Source of the DNA: Chloroflexota bacterium | GTDB taxonomy: Bacteria > Chloroflexota > UBA11872 > VXOZ01 | Direction: 5' to 3' | Assembly (NCBI GenBank): GCA_964291655.2 | Contig: OZ219802.1 | Span: 1,024,001-1,088,000 of the forward strand | Length of the DNA: 64,000 nucleotides | Shown: piece after piece, positions 1-9,954 of the stretch | Position numbering within the stretch: position 1 is the stretch's first letter | Layout of the letters: each line of letters starts with the position of its first letter | Translations under genes and position numbers: made by a program | The notes under the pieces: model-generated | Told to the model about the DNA's origin: nothing | Seen by the model: only the letters and a program-made list of their open reading frames with translations | Databases searched by the model: none

Positions 1-136
1 AGTCTATAGGCGACGCGTGCTTGGAATTCGCTCGTGGGACAGGGCCATAGTCGGCAGAGCAGGTCTCTACATATCCGCCGCTTTTCCTCACCCGCACCCG
101 TGGGTCATTTTGTTGCAGATTCTTCCAGTTCGTCGG

Positions 137-193
137 TTGACAGGGATTCCACCGTTTGGTAATCTTGACTGTGAAGCGTGAGCTCTATATAAT
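137..193 (+). promoter_or_regulatory. Tandem sigma70-type promoters of rho
   Basis: TTGACA(137-142)-17 nt-TAATCT(160-165, preceded by TGG) and TTGACT(165-170)-17 nt-TATAAT(188-193). Confidence 0.75.
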
Positions 194-523
194 CCTCCGA
201 AATACCCGCACCACAATCTGTTAGAATAGCTATAGAAGCACCTGCTTCGTCACTCTGTTCTTTCCACAAGCCCATCAGTTACCTATTACTGCTTATCGGC
301 GCCTAGACATTTCGAGACTTTGTAGTCTCTTTATCTTCCACTTTTCGATACGGTTTACTTGGCGCATCGCACGTAAACAACTCGCGGCAGGGTAACTCAC
401 CAAAGGCGAAGGTCGTATCTGTTTTAATGCACCACGCCTACTATGCTGGGTACAGCACTAGTTGAATTCAGCATTGCTCTATATGGGTCTGGTTCGTTGT
501 ATTGCTCTTGAAGGAGGACACAT

Positions 524-1906
524 CTGTCAACGGTAATACCCTCTCGCAAACGTGGCAATCGTCGTCGCAAACGTTCTACCCGCCATTGGATGCAACGTAA
601 TGGAACGAACCATACATCCAATCCAACCAACCAAAGGAGCGACCCCGGAGTGCAATACGCAGATTTAGACGCCAAACCATTGGCCGAACTGCGAGAGCGT
701 GCGAGAGAACTGGGAATTAGCGGTTACTCAGTCCTCAAGAAGCACGAACTCGTCAACCGGCTGCTGCAGGCGCAATCCGAAGAACAAGGCAATCTCTACC
801 GCACCGGGCTCCTCGAAACCATCGACGATGGGTATGGATTCCTGCGGCTTCATCGGTATTGGAATACCGGCTGGGCCGAGGATGTCTACGTAGCCCCCAC
901 GCAAATTCGCCGCTTGAGTCTGCGTACCGGAGACATGATCGCAGGGCAAGTGCGTCCGCCGAAGGAAGGCGAGAAGTACTACGGCCTGCTGCGGGTCGAG
1001 ACCGTCAATAACCTCGATCCGGAAGAAGCCAAGCGCCGCCCGCATTTTGAGAACTTAACGGCGATTTTCCCCGATGAACACCTCAACCTCGAGACGGCTT
1101 CCCCCAGCATTACGGGCCGTCTCATCAATCTCGTCTCGCCGATTGGCCGCGGTCAGCGCGGATTGGTCGTTGCTCCGCCCAAGACCGGTAAGACAATGCT
1201 CCTGCAGAGCATTGCGAACGCCGTCATGGCAAATTACCCCGACGTGCACGTCATGGTGGTCCTCATCGGTGAACGACCTGAGGAAGTAACGGACTGGGAA
1301 CGCAGTGTGGGTGCTGAGGTCGTCGCTTCTACATTCGATGAGATTCCGGAGAATCAAACCCGTATCGCTGAACTGGCACTGGAGCGGGCAAAGCGGATGG
1401 TGGAAGGCGGGCAGGACGTGATGCTGCTGCTCGACTCTATCACGCGCCTCACGAGAGCCTATAATCAGGCCATTCCGCCCAGCGGCAGGACGCTCTCCGG
1501 CGGTATCGACCCCGCCGCGATCTACCCGCCGAAACGGTTCTACGGCGCGGCCCGGAATGTCGACAATGGTAGCAGCCTCACGATGATTGCAACGTGTCTG
1601 GTTGAGACGGAAAGCCGCATGGACGACGTCATCTACGAGGAATTTAAGGGCACCGGCAACATGGAACTGCGGCTCGACCGCAAATTCGCCGAGCGCCGCA
1701 TCTACCCGGCGATTGACGTTGCACGTTCCGGCACCAGACGCGAGGAATTGCTGTTTGAGTCTGAGATGCTCAGGAAAGTAGTCACGTTGCGCCGCATGCT
1801 CTCGGCCCTCGGCAATACCGAAGGGTATGAAGCCATGCTCAACCGTCTGGAGCGCACGAAATCAAATGCGGACTTCCTCGCACGCTTGAGCAAAGACGCG
1901 GTCTAG
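524..1906 (+). CDS. rho: Transcription termination factor Rho (probable CTG start at 524; first ATG at 590)
   Basis: Rho N-terminal helix, GYGFLR, DVYV, PIGRGQRG, Walker A APPKTGKT, LLLDSITRL, EEFKGTGNME; SD AAGGAGG at 511-517 is 6 nt before in-frame CTG 524. Confidence 0.97.
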   Translation: MSTVIPSRKRGNRRRKRSTRHWMQRNGTNHTSNPTNQRSDPGVQYADLDAKPLAELRERARELGISGYSVLKKHELVNRLLQAQSEEQGNLYRTGLLETIDDGYGFLRLHRYWNTGWAEDVYVAPTQIRRLSLRTGDMIAGQVRPPKEGEKYYGLLRVETVNNLDPEEAKRRPHFENLTAIFPDEHLNLETASPSITGRLINLVSPIGRGQRGLVVAPPKTGKTMLLQSIANAVMANYPDVHVMVVLIGERPEEVTDWERSVGAEVVASTFDEIPENQTRIAELALERAKRMVEGGQDVMLLLDSITRLTRAYNQAIPPSGRTLSGGIDPAAIYPPKRFYGAARNVDNGSSLTMIATCLVETESRMDDVIYEEFKGTGNMELRLDRKFAERRIYPAIDVARSGTRREELLFESEMLRKVVTLRRMLSALGNTEGYEAMLNRLERTKSNADFLARLSKDAV

Positions 1907-1947
1907 GCGCGGCACTCGCTTCTCGCCGGGCACGTGCTCCTGCATCA

Positions 1948-3147
1948 ATGAGTCCCCCTGGACCGCAGGCTGCGCTGCTATCTCTCGCACGACTCTGGTT
2001 GCGGCATGTATTGTGCCTTCTCCTTGTCTTGCTCCTGGTCGCTTGCGCTTCGTCTGACTCTTCACGTCCGCTCCTCGAACTCCAGGTGAGTCCTGCTTTG
2101 CTGCAGGCCGACGGCTCGGGGTCTGTCACCATTCATTACCAAGTCGCGCGCGAGGCAGCCGTTTCGCTAGCGCTGCAGTCTGCCAATGGCACGGTGGCTG
2201 TCTTGCGGGACAGCGTTGCGCGCGGGCCGGGCGCGTTCTCCTTTGTCTTTCAGGGCGCCGTTGACGGTCGCGTGCTGCCCAACGGTGCATACACCGTTGT
2301 CGCCACAGCGGAGGACTCCCATTCAGGTGCGTCCATTGAACAGCGACAGCCGCTAGCGATCGCCAACGCCGATACGTCACCCCCAGTGATCGCAGACCTC
2401 CAGGTCTCACCGGCGGTGTTCTCACCAAACCAAGACGGTGTAAACGACCGCCAGACACTTAGCTTCGCCGTTGCCGAGCCCGTGATCGTGGAAGTACGCC
2501 TCTTAGCAGGCGACGATACGCGGTGGCTGCTGCGCAGTGTCGCTGCGCCCGCCGGCACGGTGCGCACGTCGTGGCCTCCATCGGTGCGGCACGCTCCCAG
2601 TCTCAATCAGGCGGTGGACCGTTTACCTGCCGGCCGGGCGGAGGTGGAAGTCGCGATTTGGGATCCCGCGGGCAACCGCACCGTGCAGCGCCACACCATT
2701 GAAATCGGCGAGACGGGCATTCCGCAGGCGCAAGTATCTGGACTTGAGATCACACCCGTAGCCGTACCGCCCGGCGGTTCGATTGCGGTCTCTGCAATTA
2801 TCACGAACGTCGGCGCGGTCACATTGCGTGCGGCGCCTCCGGGTCCAGCCACGTATGCCTGGGGTCAGGATGCCCCCTCGCTTGGGTACACGGCGGCCGC
2901 CGGAACCGTGCGCTGGGGCGTAGACTTTTCACTCAACCGCAGCGGGATCGGTTATCCGTTTCGCTGGAGCCTGGGTCGCGACCTCGCGCCAGGCGAGAGC
3001 GCCGCGGTAACTGGCACAATTACCGTGAATGAGAACTTTCCGCAAGATCCGGTACAGCTCTGGATCGGCGTTATTCATGAGAACAACCGGGTGCTTGCCG
3101 ACAAGCGCGGCAACACCCGCTTGCACCTCGTGGACGAGGACAACTAA
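1948..3147 (+). CDS. Secreted lipoprotein with FlgD-like Ig domains
   Basis: Hydrophobic segment and lipobox LVAC; FSPNQDGVND motif; beta-rich repeats. Confidence 0.7.
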   Translation: MSPPGPQAALLSLARLWLRHVLCLLLVLLLVACASSDSSRPLLELQVSPALLQADGSGSVTIHYQVAREAAVSLALQSANGTVAVLRDSVARGPGAFSFVFQGAVDGRVLPNGAYTVVATAEDSHSGASIEQRQPLAIANADTSPPVIADLQVSPAVFSPNQDGVNDRQTLSFAVAEPVIVEVRLLAGDDTRWLLRSVAAPAGTVRTSWPPSVRHAPSLNQAVDRLPAGRAEVEVAIWDPAGNRTVQRHTIEIGETGIPQAQVSGLEITPVAVPPGGSIAVSAIITNVGAVTLRAAPPGPATYAWGQDAPSLGYTAAAGTVRWGVDFSLNRSGIGYPFRWSLGRDLAPGESAAVTGTITVNENFPQDPVQLWIGVIHENNRVLADKRGNTRLHLVDEDN

Positions 3148-3162
3148 GACGAGAGCAAGAGT

Positions 3163-3675
3163 TTAGCGTGCTCCCTTCGCGGCGCTCGAAACGCAATACA
3201 TCGATGCGTTGATCCCTTCCATCTCGCCGGTGACGATTGAGTCCACACGCTCGCAGATGTTGGTCACCCGGTCGGCGGTGCGCTCCTCGTTGTGGATTAC
3301 GCAGGCTAGGTATAGCGCGCGTAGCATCGTGCACGGCTCCTCGATCATGAAGCTAATGAATTCGCGCGCCACCTGATCGCGCATGGCATCCACCGCATCA
3401 TCTTCATGCGAAACACGTTTGGCCTTCACTACGTCGCGCTCCACTGAGGCTTCACGCGAGCGGCTCAGCATACCGTTTGCTGTCGCCGCCATACGGGGAA
3501 TGTCGATCAGGGGCCTTACGAGCGGTTCATCACCCGGCATGACATTGATCTTGCAGATTCCCTCCGCCTGGTCGACTGCAACGCCCACCATGTGCCCGAA
3601 AGCAACCACTTCGTCTTGAAATTCGTGGAGTACTGCCATGAAGGGTGCTCGCAATTCGATGCCATCCTCACCCAT
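3163..3675 (-). pseudogene. phoU: PhoU homologue with an internal in-frame deletion
   Basis: C-terminal half is PhoU-like (EDDAVD, HNEERTADRVTNICERV), but the first repeat jumps from VGVAVDQA directly to EGICKI; 170 aa versus the usual ~220. Confidence 0.7.
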
Positions 3676-3773
3676 AGCCGGTTAGCCGAAGTATTATACT
3701 TACTCTCAGCAGACACATGTCTGTAGTCACGGTGTAACAATCGTAGAGTCAACAGGTACACATTAACTCCACC

Positions 3774-4754
3774 ATGTCCGTAGACGAAACCTTCTACCGA
3801 CGTGTCATTGAAACGTGCTTCCCTAATCTTCGGGTTGCGCACATCCGATTCATAGGCGGCGGGACTTGCCGCGTGTTCGTCGTCAATCATTCGCTGATAT
3901 TTCGTTTTCCTCACGCAGGCGGCTCAGTAGATAACGGCGACGCACCTGAGGAAAACGGCGCATTCCTCTTCCACGAGAAACGCGTGTACGATTCCGTAGC
4001 GCCTTTACTCCGGCTCCCAGTCCCGCGCTACCGCTACTTTAGCGCGGGTTGCGAGCAGTTCCCGTACCCGGTGGCGGGCTACGCTAGGCTGTCCGGCCGG
4101 AGCCTGTCCGGCTGCTCCCTTTCGGAAGATGAGCTTCAGCGCGTGGCGGGCCAGATTGGCGCGTTCCTCTCAGAGCTTCATGCCATCCCGCTATCAACCT
4201 TACCGGTAGAGCTGCGCCCGCCTTCCCCATCGACAATTGGGCGTGACAACGCGCGCAGCCTGTTCCGCCAGGTGAAAGCGCAGGCGTTCCCGCTGCTTAG
4301 TCCGGAGGAGCAGACGTGGACGAGCAATCTGTTCCGGGAGATGTCCGGCGACAGTTCTCTGTGGGAACTCACGCCCGTGTTTACTCACGGCGACTTCGAT
4401 GGATCGAATATTCTCTACGATGAATCACGAGGAGAAGTCAGCGGCGTCATAGACTTCGAGGAAGCCGGGCAGAAGGGCGACCCGGCGGTAGACTTTTGCG
4501 CATTGCTCGCGGGCTTCGGTACCGCCTTCCTGGAGGCCGTACTCAACACCTACACGCTGGACGTGTCTCGTGCTATGCGCCGCCGCATCGAACTCATCGC
4601 AAAACGCATCCTCTTCATAGAGTTGCTCTACGGCATTCAGGTTAACGACCGGCGCTTTATTGACAATGGGCTCCAACGCCTCCACCGCGCACGACACGAT
4701 ATCGACCCCATCGGCGACTGGCTGGACGTCTCCACCAGCGCGACGAGAGAGTAG
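3774..4754 (+). CDS. Aminoglycoside phosphotransferase (APH)-family kinase
   Basis: LIFRFP, HGDFDGSNIL (Brenner-type motif), GVIDFE, GDPAVD. Confidence 0.85.
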   Translation: MSVDETFYRRVIETCFPNLRVAHIRFIGGGTCRVFVVNHSLIFRFPHAGGSVDNGDAPEENGAFLFHEKRVYDSVAPLLRLPVPRYRYFSAGCEQFPYPVAGYARLSGRSLSGCSLSEDELQRVAGQIGAFLSELHAIPLSTLPVELRPPSPSTIGRDNARSLFRQVKAQAFPLLSPEEQTWTSNLFREMSGDSSLWELTPVFTHGDFDGSNILYDESRGEVSGVIDFEEAGQKGDPAVDFCALLAGFGTAFLEAVLNTYTLDVSRAMRRRIELIAKRILFIELLYGIQVNDRRFIDNGLQRLHRARHDIDPIGDWLDVSTSATRE

Positions 4755-4899
4755 GCGGTGACTATCGGCGTACACAGGCAACGCGGTCGCTGATTCACAA
4801 ACCCGTCTCGTCTGCGGTATGGTTGATTCAGGAGAGTTTGACGTACCGCCGTCCGGCGCTCAGACGCCGCGACGCCTGCAAAGGAGCATCCTGATCATC

Positions 4900-5982
4900 A
4901 TGACTAGAAGAAAACTGCTCGGTCAGGGATTGGCTCTGGCCACCGTGTGCTTGGCAGCGGCGTGCGGCGGCACTTCGGATGAAACGGCGGAGGAGCCCAC
5001 TGCCTCCCCCATGCCAACTCCCATGCCAGCCGCGACTCCGCTGACAAAAACTGAATCCATGCCGAAGCCCACGGCGGAGAGTGTCTCCCTGCAGGAATTT
5101 CCCGTTCCAAGCGGTGCGCACCCCCACGACGTGGCACCGGCGCTGGAGACCAACGGCATCATATGGTATACGGCCCAGCACCAAGAAGCCCTGGGCATTC
5201 TCGATCCCACCACCGGTGAAACGCGCCACATTCACCTTGGCAGCGGCGCGCGGCCTCACGGCGTGATCGTGGGTCCGGACAGCGCGCCCTGGATCACCGA
5301 CGGCGGCCTCAACGCCATGGTGCGCGTCGATCCAGCCACAGAGGACGTAGCCGTCTTCCCGCTGCCGGCAAGCACGGGCTATGCCAATCTCAACACGGCA
5401 ACGTTCGACTCCAATGGCATCTGTTGGTTCACCGGACAGAGCGGCATCTACGGTCGCGTTGATCCGCAGAGTGGGGAATTGCAGGTCTTTAATGCTCCAC
5501 GCGGTCGCGGCCCGTATGGCATCTGCACCACACCCGACGGCAACGTCTATTACGCCTCACTCGCGGGGAGCTACGTGGGGCACGTAGACACGACTACCGG
5601 CGCCGTCACGGAACTGGAGCCGCCCACGGCGGGCCAGGGCGCCCGGCGCGTGTGGTCGGATTCGCAAAGCCGCATCTGGGTGGCGGAGTGGAATGCCGGA
5701 CAGGTCAGTCTCTACGACCCGACAGATCAGAGCTGGCGGGAGTGGCGGCTCCCTGGCGATTCACCCCGCGCCTACGCCGTTTATGTTGACGACCACGATT
5801 TGGTCTGGCTTACGGACTTTGGCGCCAACGCCCTTGTGCGCTTCGACCCAACTGACGAATCATTCGCCGCCTATCCCTGGCCCAGCAGCGGTGCCGCGGT
5901 GCGACAACTCCTCGGTAGGCCTGGCGAAGTTTGGGGCGCAGAATCCGGCGTCGATGCACTTGTCGTGGCCCGCACAGGGTAG
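4900..5982 (+). CDS. Vgb (virginiamycin B lyase)-like beta-propeller, Tat lipoprotein
   Basis: TRRKLL twin-Arg signal and LAAAC lipobox; HPHDVAP, PHGV, GPYGI propeller repeats. Confidence 0.8.
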   Translation: MTRRKLLGQGLALATVCLAAACGGTSDETAEEPTASPMPTPMPAATPLTKTESMPKPTAESVSLQEFPVPSGAHPHDVAPALETNGIIWYTAQHQEALGILDPTTGETRHIHLGSGARPHGVIVGPDSAPWITDGGLNAMVRVDPATEDVAVFPLPASTGYANLNTATFDSNGICWFTGQSGIYGRVDPQSGELQVFNAPRGRGPYGICTTPDGNVYYASLAGSYVGHVDTTTGAVTELEPPTAGQGARRVWSDSQSRIWVAEWNAGQVSLYDPTDQSWREWRLPGDSPRAYAVYVDDHDLVWLTDFGANALVRFDPTDESFAAYPWPSSGAAVRQLLGRPGEVWGAESGVDALVVARTG

Positions 5983-6046
5983 CCTTGTGCACCGTAATCC
6001 GCGCAGTTTGACCGCTTAGGTCGCTGTACGTGAAGGGATATCCGCC

Positions 6047-7254
6047 ATAGCCAGCGCACGAGAGCCTCAGGCGCGCCCCGCTGAGCGTGCCGTCCTCATC
6101 ATCGGCGGCGGCATAGGCGGTCTGGCAGCCGCCCTTTCCTTGCAACAGGCCGGCATTCCCGCCGCTGTTTACGAACGCGCGCCGCTGTTGCAGGAAGTTG
6201 GGGCGGGTATCGGCATCGGCGCGAATGGTATGTACGCGCTGGAAAAACTCGGCGCAGCCCATGCGGTGAGAGCTGCGGGATCGCCAGTAGAGGCGTCGAG
6301 CTATGCGCGCAAGACGGCGCGGTCTTGAGCGCATTGTCCACGGGGCCAACCGAAAGAAAACTCGGCGTTGCGACCACGCTGGTGCACCGTGCGGACCTGC
6401 ATGCGGCATTGGCAGCGAGGCTGGATTCAGACTTCGTGCGGCTGGGCAGTGAATGCGTTGGGTTTTCCCAGGACGACACCCGTGTAACGGCGAGATTCGC
6501 CAATGGCGAAGAAGCGCGAGGCGATCTGCTGATTGGCGCTGACGGACTATACAGCACCGTTCGCAGGCAACTGTGGGGTGATGTGCCGCCACGGTACGCA
6601 GGCTACACGTCATGCCGTGGAATTGTCGACTCCGACACGATAGCTCTGCAGGTGGGCACAGGGTTCGAAGCCTGGGGGCGCGGTCTCCGGTTTGGGCTCT
6701 TCCACATCGGCAAAGGACGTGCCTACTGGTACGCCACCTGGAACGCGCCCGCAGGGGAATCGCAGTCCGGGCAGCCGCTCAAGCGCCGATTGCAGGAATT
6801 CTTCGCAGACTGGGACGCGCCGGTGCCGCAAGCACTTGACGCCACCCCAGCGGAAACTCTGGTCCGCACCGACATCTGCGATCGCCCTCAGCTCTCCAGG
6901 TGGGGACTAGATCGCGTGTCTCTGCTCGGTGACGCGGCGCATCCCACCACCCCGAATCTCGGGCAAGGCGCGTGCATGGCAATCGAAGATGCGGTGGTCC
7001 TTGCCCAGTGCCTTAGCCACCAGAGCGACCCCGTTGCGGCATTGCGCACGTATGAGGGTCGCCGCCGCGCGCGTACGGCCAACATCGTGAGCGCCTCCAG
7101 GCGCATGGGATGGATCGGTCAATGGCAGAATCCCCTCGCCTGCGCCCTGCGTAATACCGCCCTGAGACTCACCCCGCAGCGGCTTGCCCAAAGTCGCGGT
7201 GATGGGGGACTCCGAGCAGCCGTTAGAAATCTGGACCCACAGGGCTTGCCCTAA
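6047..7254 (+). pseudogene. FAD-dependent monooxygenase, frameshifted, lacking a canonical start codon
   Basis: IIGGGIGGL and EVGAGIG in one frame; LLIGADG and LLGDAAHPTTPNLGQG in another; 1-nt shift near 6293; ATA at 6047 follows SD GAAGGGA. Confidence 0.8.
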
Positions 7255-7361
7255 ACAACGGCTTGCACCGGTCTTGGCGACTTCACCCGACCTCTGAGCG
7301 AGTTCCCATGGTATGGCATCTGCAAGTGAAGTTCACTCAAGCGGACTGCTTCTGCTTCCGT

Positions 7362-7841
7362 CTATGTCTGCGTCGTAGACTTTTCGTACGCCTCGTCAAC
7401 CGGCAAATCCTTGCCCCGCGCCGCCGCGTTCGCGAGCGCATCGCAGCGCTCGTTTTCCGGTATTCCCTTGTGACCGGGTACCCACTTGAAAGTAACGCGG
7501 TGCGTGGCAGCTAGGTTGAGCAAGATCTCCCAGAGATCGGGATTGGCGGCCTTGCCCTGCTTTCCACGTTTCCACCCCTGCGCTTTCCACCTCTCTGCCC
7601 AACCTTGCATCATTGCATTCACAAGATATGCGGAATCACTATGCAAGGTCACCTCGCAGGGCTCGGTGAGCGTTTCCAATGCCCGGATGGCCGCAAGAAT
7701 CTCCATGCGGTTGTTCGTCGTCATGCGAAATCCGCCGGCAATTTCCTTGCGGTGTTGATTGAACATGATTACCGCGCCGTAGCCGCCCGGCCCGGGGTTA
7801 CCGATGCAAGCACCGTCCGTGTAGATAGTGACACGTTTCAT
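7362..7841 (-). CDS. rnhA: Ribonuclease HI
   Basis: IYTDGACIGNPGPGG, TTNNRMEI, SDSAY, WVPGH, NERCD. Confidence 0.97.
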   Translation of the reverse strand: MKRVTIYTDGACIGNPGPGGYGAVIMFNQHRKEIAGGFRMTTNNRMEILAAIRALETLTEPCEVTLHSDSAYLVNAMMQGWAERWKAQGWKRGKQGKAANPDLWEILLNLAATHRVTFKWVPGHKGIPENERCDALANAAARGKDLPVDEAYEKSTTQT

Positions 7842-8085
7842 ATGGACATATTGGGTCGTCCCATGCTGCAATTAGACCACGCTCAGCCATGCAGTCAGCT
7901 TGCGCTAGGCCACGCCAAGGCCCGTGCTGCATAGTCGCCGCTCCTCTCCCCAATCGGCGCAATCTTCTTCAGCGAACCCCTAGCGCGCGCTGCCTTGCCC
8001 CAATTCCCTCCATAGCAGACTCTTGCACAACATGAAGGCTCTTGCACCCTCTAGGCTGGCAGCAGCGGAAACCCCCGCTCCTTGG

Positions 8086-8223
8086 GAGACCTTTGCGTAA
8101 CTCCGTCATTCCGGCGAAAGCCGGAATCCAGAGCGCTTTTACAACTAAAGACAGCATGATGTCAAGTCATTTCACCCCCATCCCAACCTTCCCCTCAAAG
8201 GTGAAGGGTTATGCAAAGGTCTC
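8086..8223. mobile_element. Non-autonomous MITE with GAGACCTTTGC terminal inverted repeats carrying REP cargo
   Basis: GAGACCTTTGCGTAAC ... GTTATGCAAAGGTCTC; flanks CTTGG/TTTGG; splits a CCCCGCTCC..GGAAGAGG hairpin; contains GTCATTCCGGCGAAAGCCGGAATCCA. Confidence 0.65.
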
Positions 8224-8413
8224 TTTGGGAAGAGGACCGGGCTGAGGAGAAAACTTCGTCGCTTCAGTCTAGATTCTTGCTATTTGTCAGAGCTACACGA
8301 TGGTCTCTTTCACATACACAATCACGGGGCAATATCTGTAGACTGAGTTAGCCCTCTAGAATCGAACATTGGAGGATCTTTCCACGGATGTGGAACCTTA
8401 AACTTGCCTCGAC

Positions 8414-9859
8414 CTATCCACGTGCCAGACGGGAATATTGCTCGCGTCCGGTGTTGAAGATTTCCAGCATGCGTTGCCGCTGGTCGTTATGGTCGAAGCG
8501 GCCTTTTGTTGAAATCCATGCGATAGCGCGCTCGATTGCTGCCACGAAGAACTCAGCCGACGCCCTGGTAGCCGGGTTGAAGCCGCCTGCTTGCACGTAC
8601 ACCGGACTAGTGTGGGCCCATTGCGCATGGCCGTAACTATCGCGCTGCCGACCCCAGCAGCGCGCGGCAATCCAACTGTCATTTGGTACCGTCAAGCGAG
8701 TGCGCAAGACGCCCTCACGCAGGCCGTCACCGTATTCCTCCCGCGCCACCACCTCCCCGTTGCAGATGAGTTCGATGCGTTGCACCGGCCGCAATGCCTG
8801 CCAGCGCACAAAGGTATTCACCTGCTTGCGTCTGCTGGTGCGCATGTCCAGCACGCTGCCAGGCGGCTGGCCGGCAACGCGAAGAGTGAGCGATGGGCCG
8901 TTCGTTATGAACGTTGCCCCGCTCTTGAGACCATCCAACCACGTGTCGTACGAGAAAGAGTCCTCGAGCTGCACGTACACCCGGTTCGCTGAGCACACAA
9001 ACCAGTCTGAGCCGGTGCTGACCGGCAGTTGAAATCCGCAATTGAGCAGGTGGTACCACAGATCGTACTCGGGGTCCGACCAGTAGGGGTCAAAGAGATT
9101 CAGGGCATCCAGCCGCCCCAAACCGGCGGCAATGGGCGCCTCCATTCCCTGGCCGTTGTGACACCAGATCGTCACTCCGCCCTGCTCCTGCGCGGCGGTA
9201 CAGGCATCGATGAGGGGCGGGTAGTCCGGCGCTGATTCATCCACCAGCACACCGCGACTCAGTGGCTCCACGTGCTCTTGCAGCCGCACCAGCATCACAT
9301 GGCCGTAGCCGATATCCCAAGGGGTGCGATTGTGACGAGATTCCTCACCTACGTCCAGCACGTGTCCCGGCGTGGTGGGGTGCTCCATTTGTCCCACTGG
9401 AAAGCGATTTGTCGCGTACTCCAATTCCTGGCGCTGCAGCACGCTGATGATGGTCACGGTGAGGTCTTCTACTGTGGAGTCGAAGCGCAGGCGTTCCTCC
9501 GGCCGGCTTTCAAACTCACGGTAGTGGATGTGGGTATTGCCGGGGTAGAGACCTTGCTTGGGCAGACTTATCCAGCGCTGGAGCGGCATTTCGAGGTTGA
9601 CCGTGCCTTGTGTTGGGAGGTCTACGGTCATTTCGAGCGGCGCGTACTCGGTTCCTCGCTCCACGCGCACGTCCACCTGTCCCCGCGGGCCCTCGAGCGT
9701 GAAAGCGCCGTCGCAGTAGAAGAACGGGTTGGTCGTGCCAACGGTCTCCAAGCTGTCTTCAGGGACAAGGAATCTGCCCTGACTGCTTTGCACCGAGACC
9801 TTCGCTGCCAGCGGGCTGCCGGTAGATGCATCGTGAATTGTGCCCGTAAGAGTTGCCAC
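8414..9859 (-). CDS. CehA/McbA-family PHP-like metallohydrolase
   Basis: N-terminal beta domain (VERGTEY); GNTHIH, GEESR, GYGH, WCHNG, STGSD metal motifs; WAHTSPVYV. Confidence 0.8.
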   Translation of the reverse strand: MATLTGTIHDASTGSPLAAKVSVQSSQGRFLVPEDSLETVGTTNPFFYCDGAFTLEGPRGQVDVRVERGTEYAPLEMTVDLPTQGTVNLEMPLQRWISLPKQGLYPGNTHIHYREFESRPEERLRFDSTVEDLTVTIISVLQRQELEYATNRFPVGQMEHPTTPGHVLDVGEESRHNRTPWDIGYGHVMLVRLQEHVEPLSRGVLVDESAPDYPPLIDACTAAQEQGGVTIWCHNGQGMEAPIAAGLGRLDALNLFDPYWSDPEYDLWYHLLNCGFQLPVSTGSDWFVCSANRVYVQLEDSFSYDTWLDGLKSGATFITNGPSLTLRVAGQPPGSVLDMRTSRRKQVNTFVRWQALRPVQRIELICNGEVVAREEYGDGLREGVLRTRLTVPNDSWIAARCWGRQRDSYGHAQWAHTSPVYVQAGGFNPATRASAEFFVAAIERAIAWISTKGRFDHNDQRQRMLEIFNTGREQYSRLARG

Positions 9860-9954
9860 CGTTATCTCTTCTCCCTGATTGAGCCCATCGCATGACCCGC
9901 GCCGGCCGCCATGAAGACCTAAATCTCCAAGAATGCCGTTGGAAGTCTTGTTAC

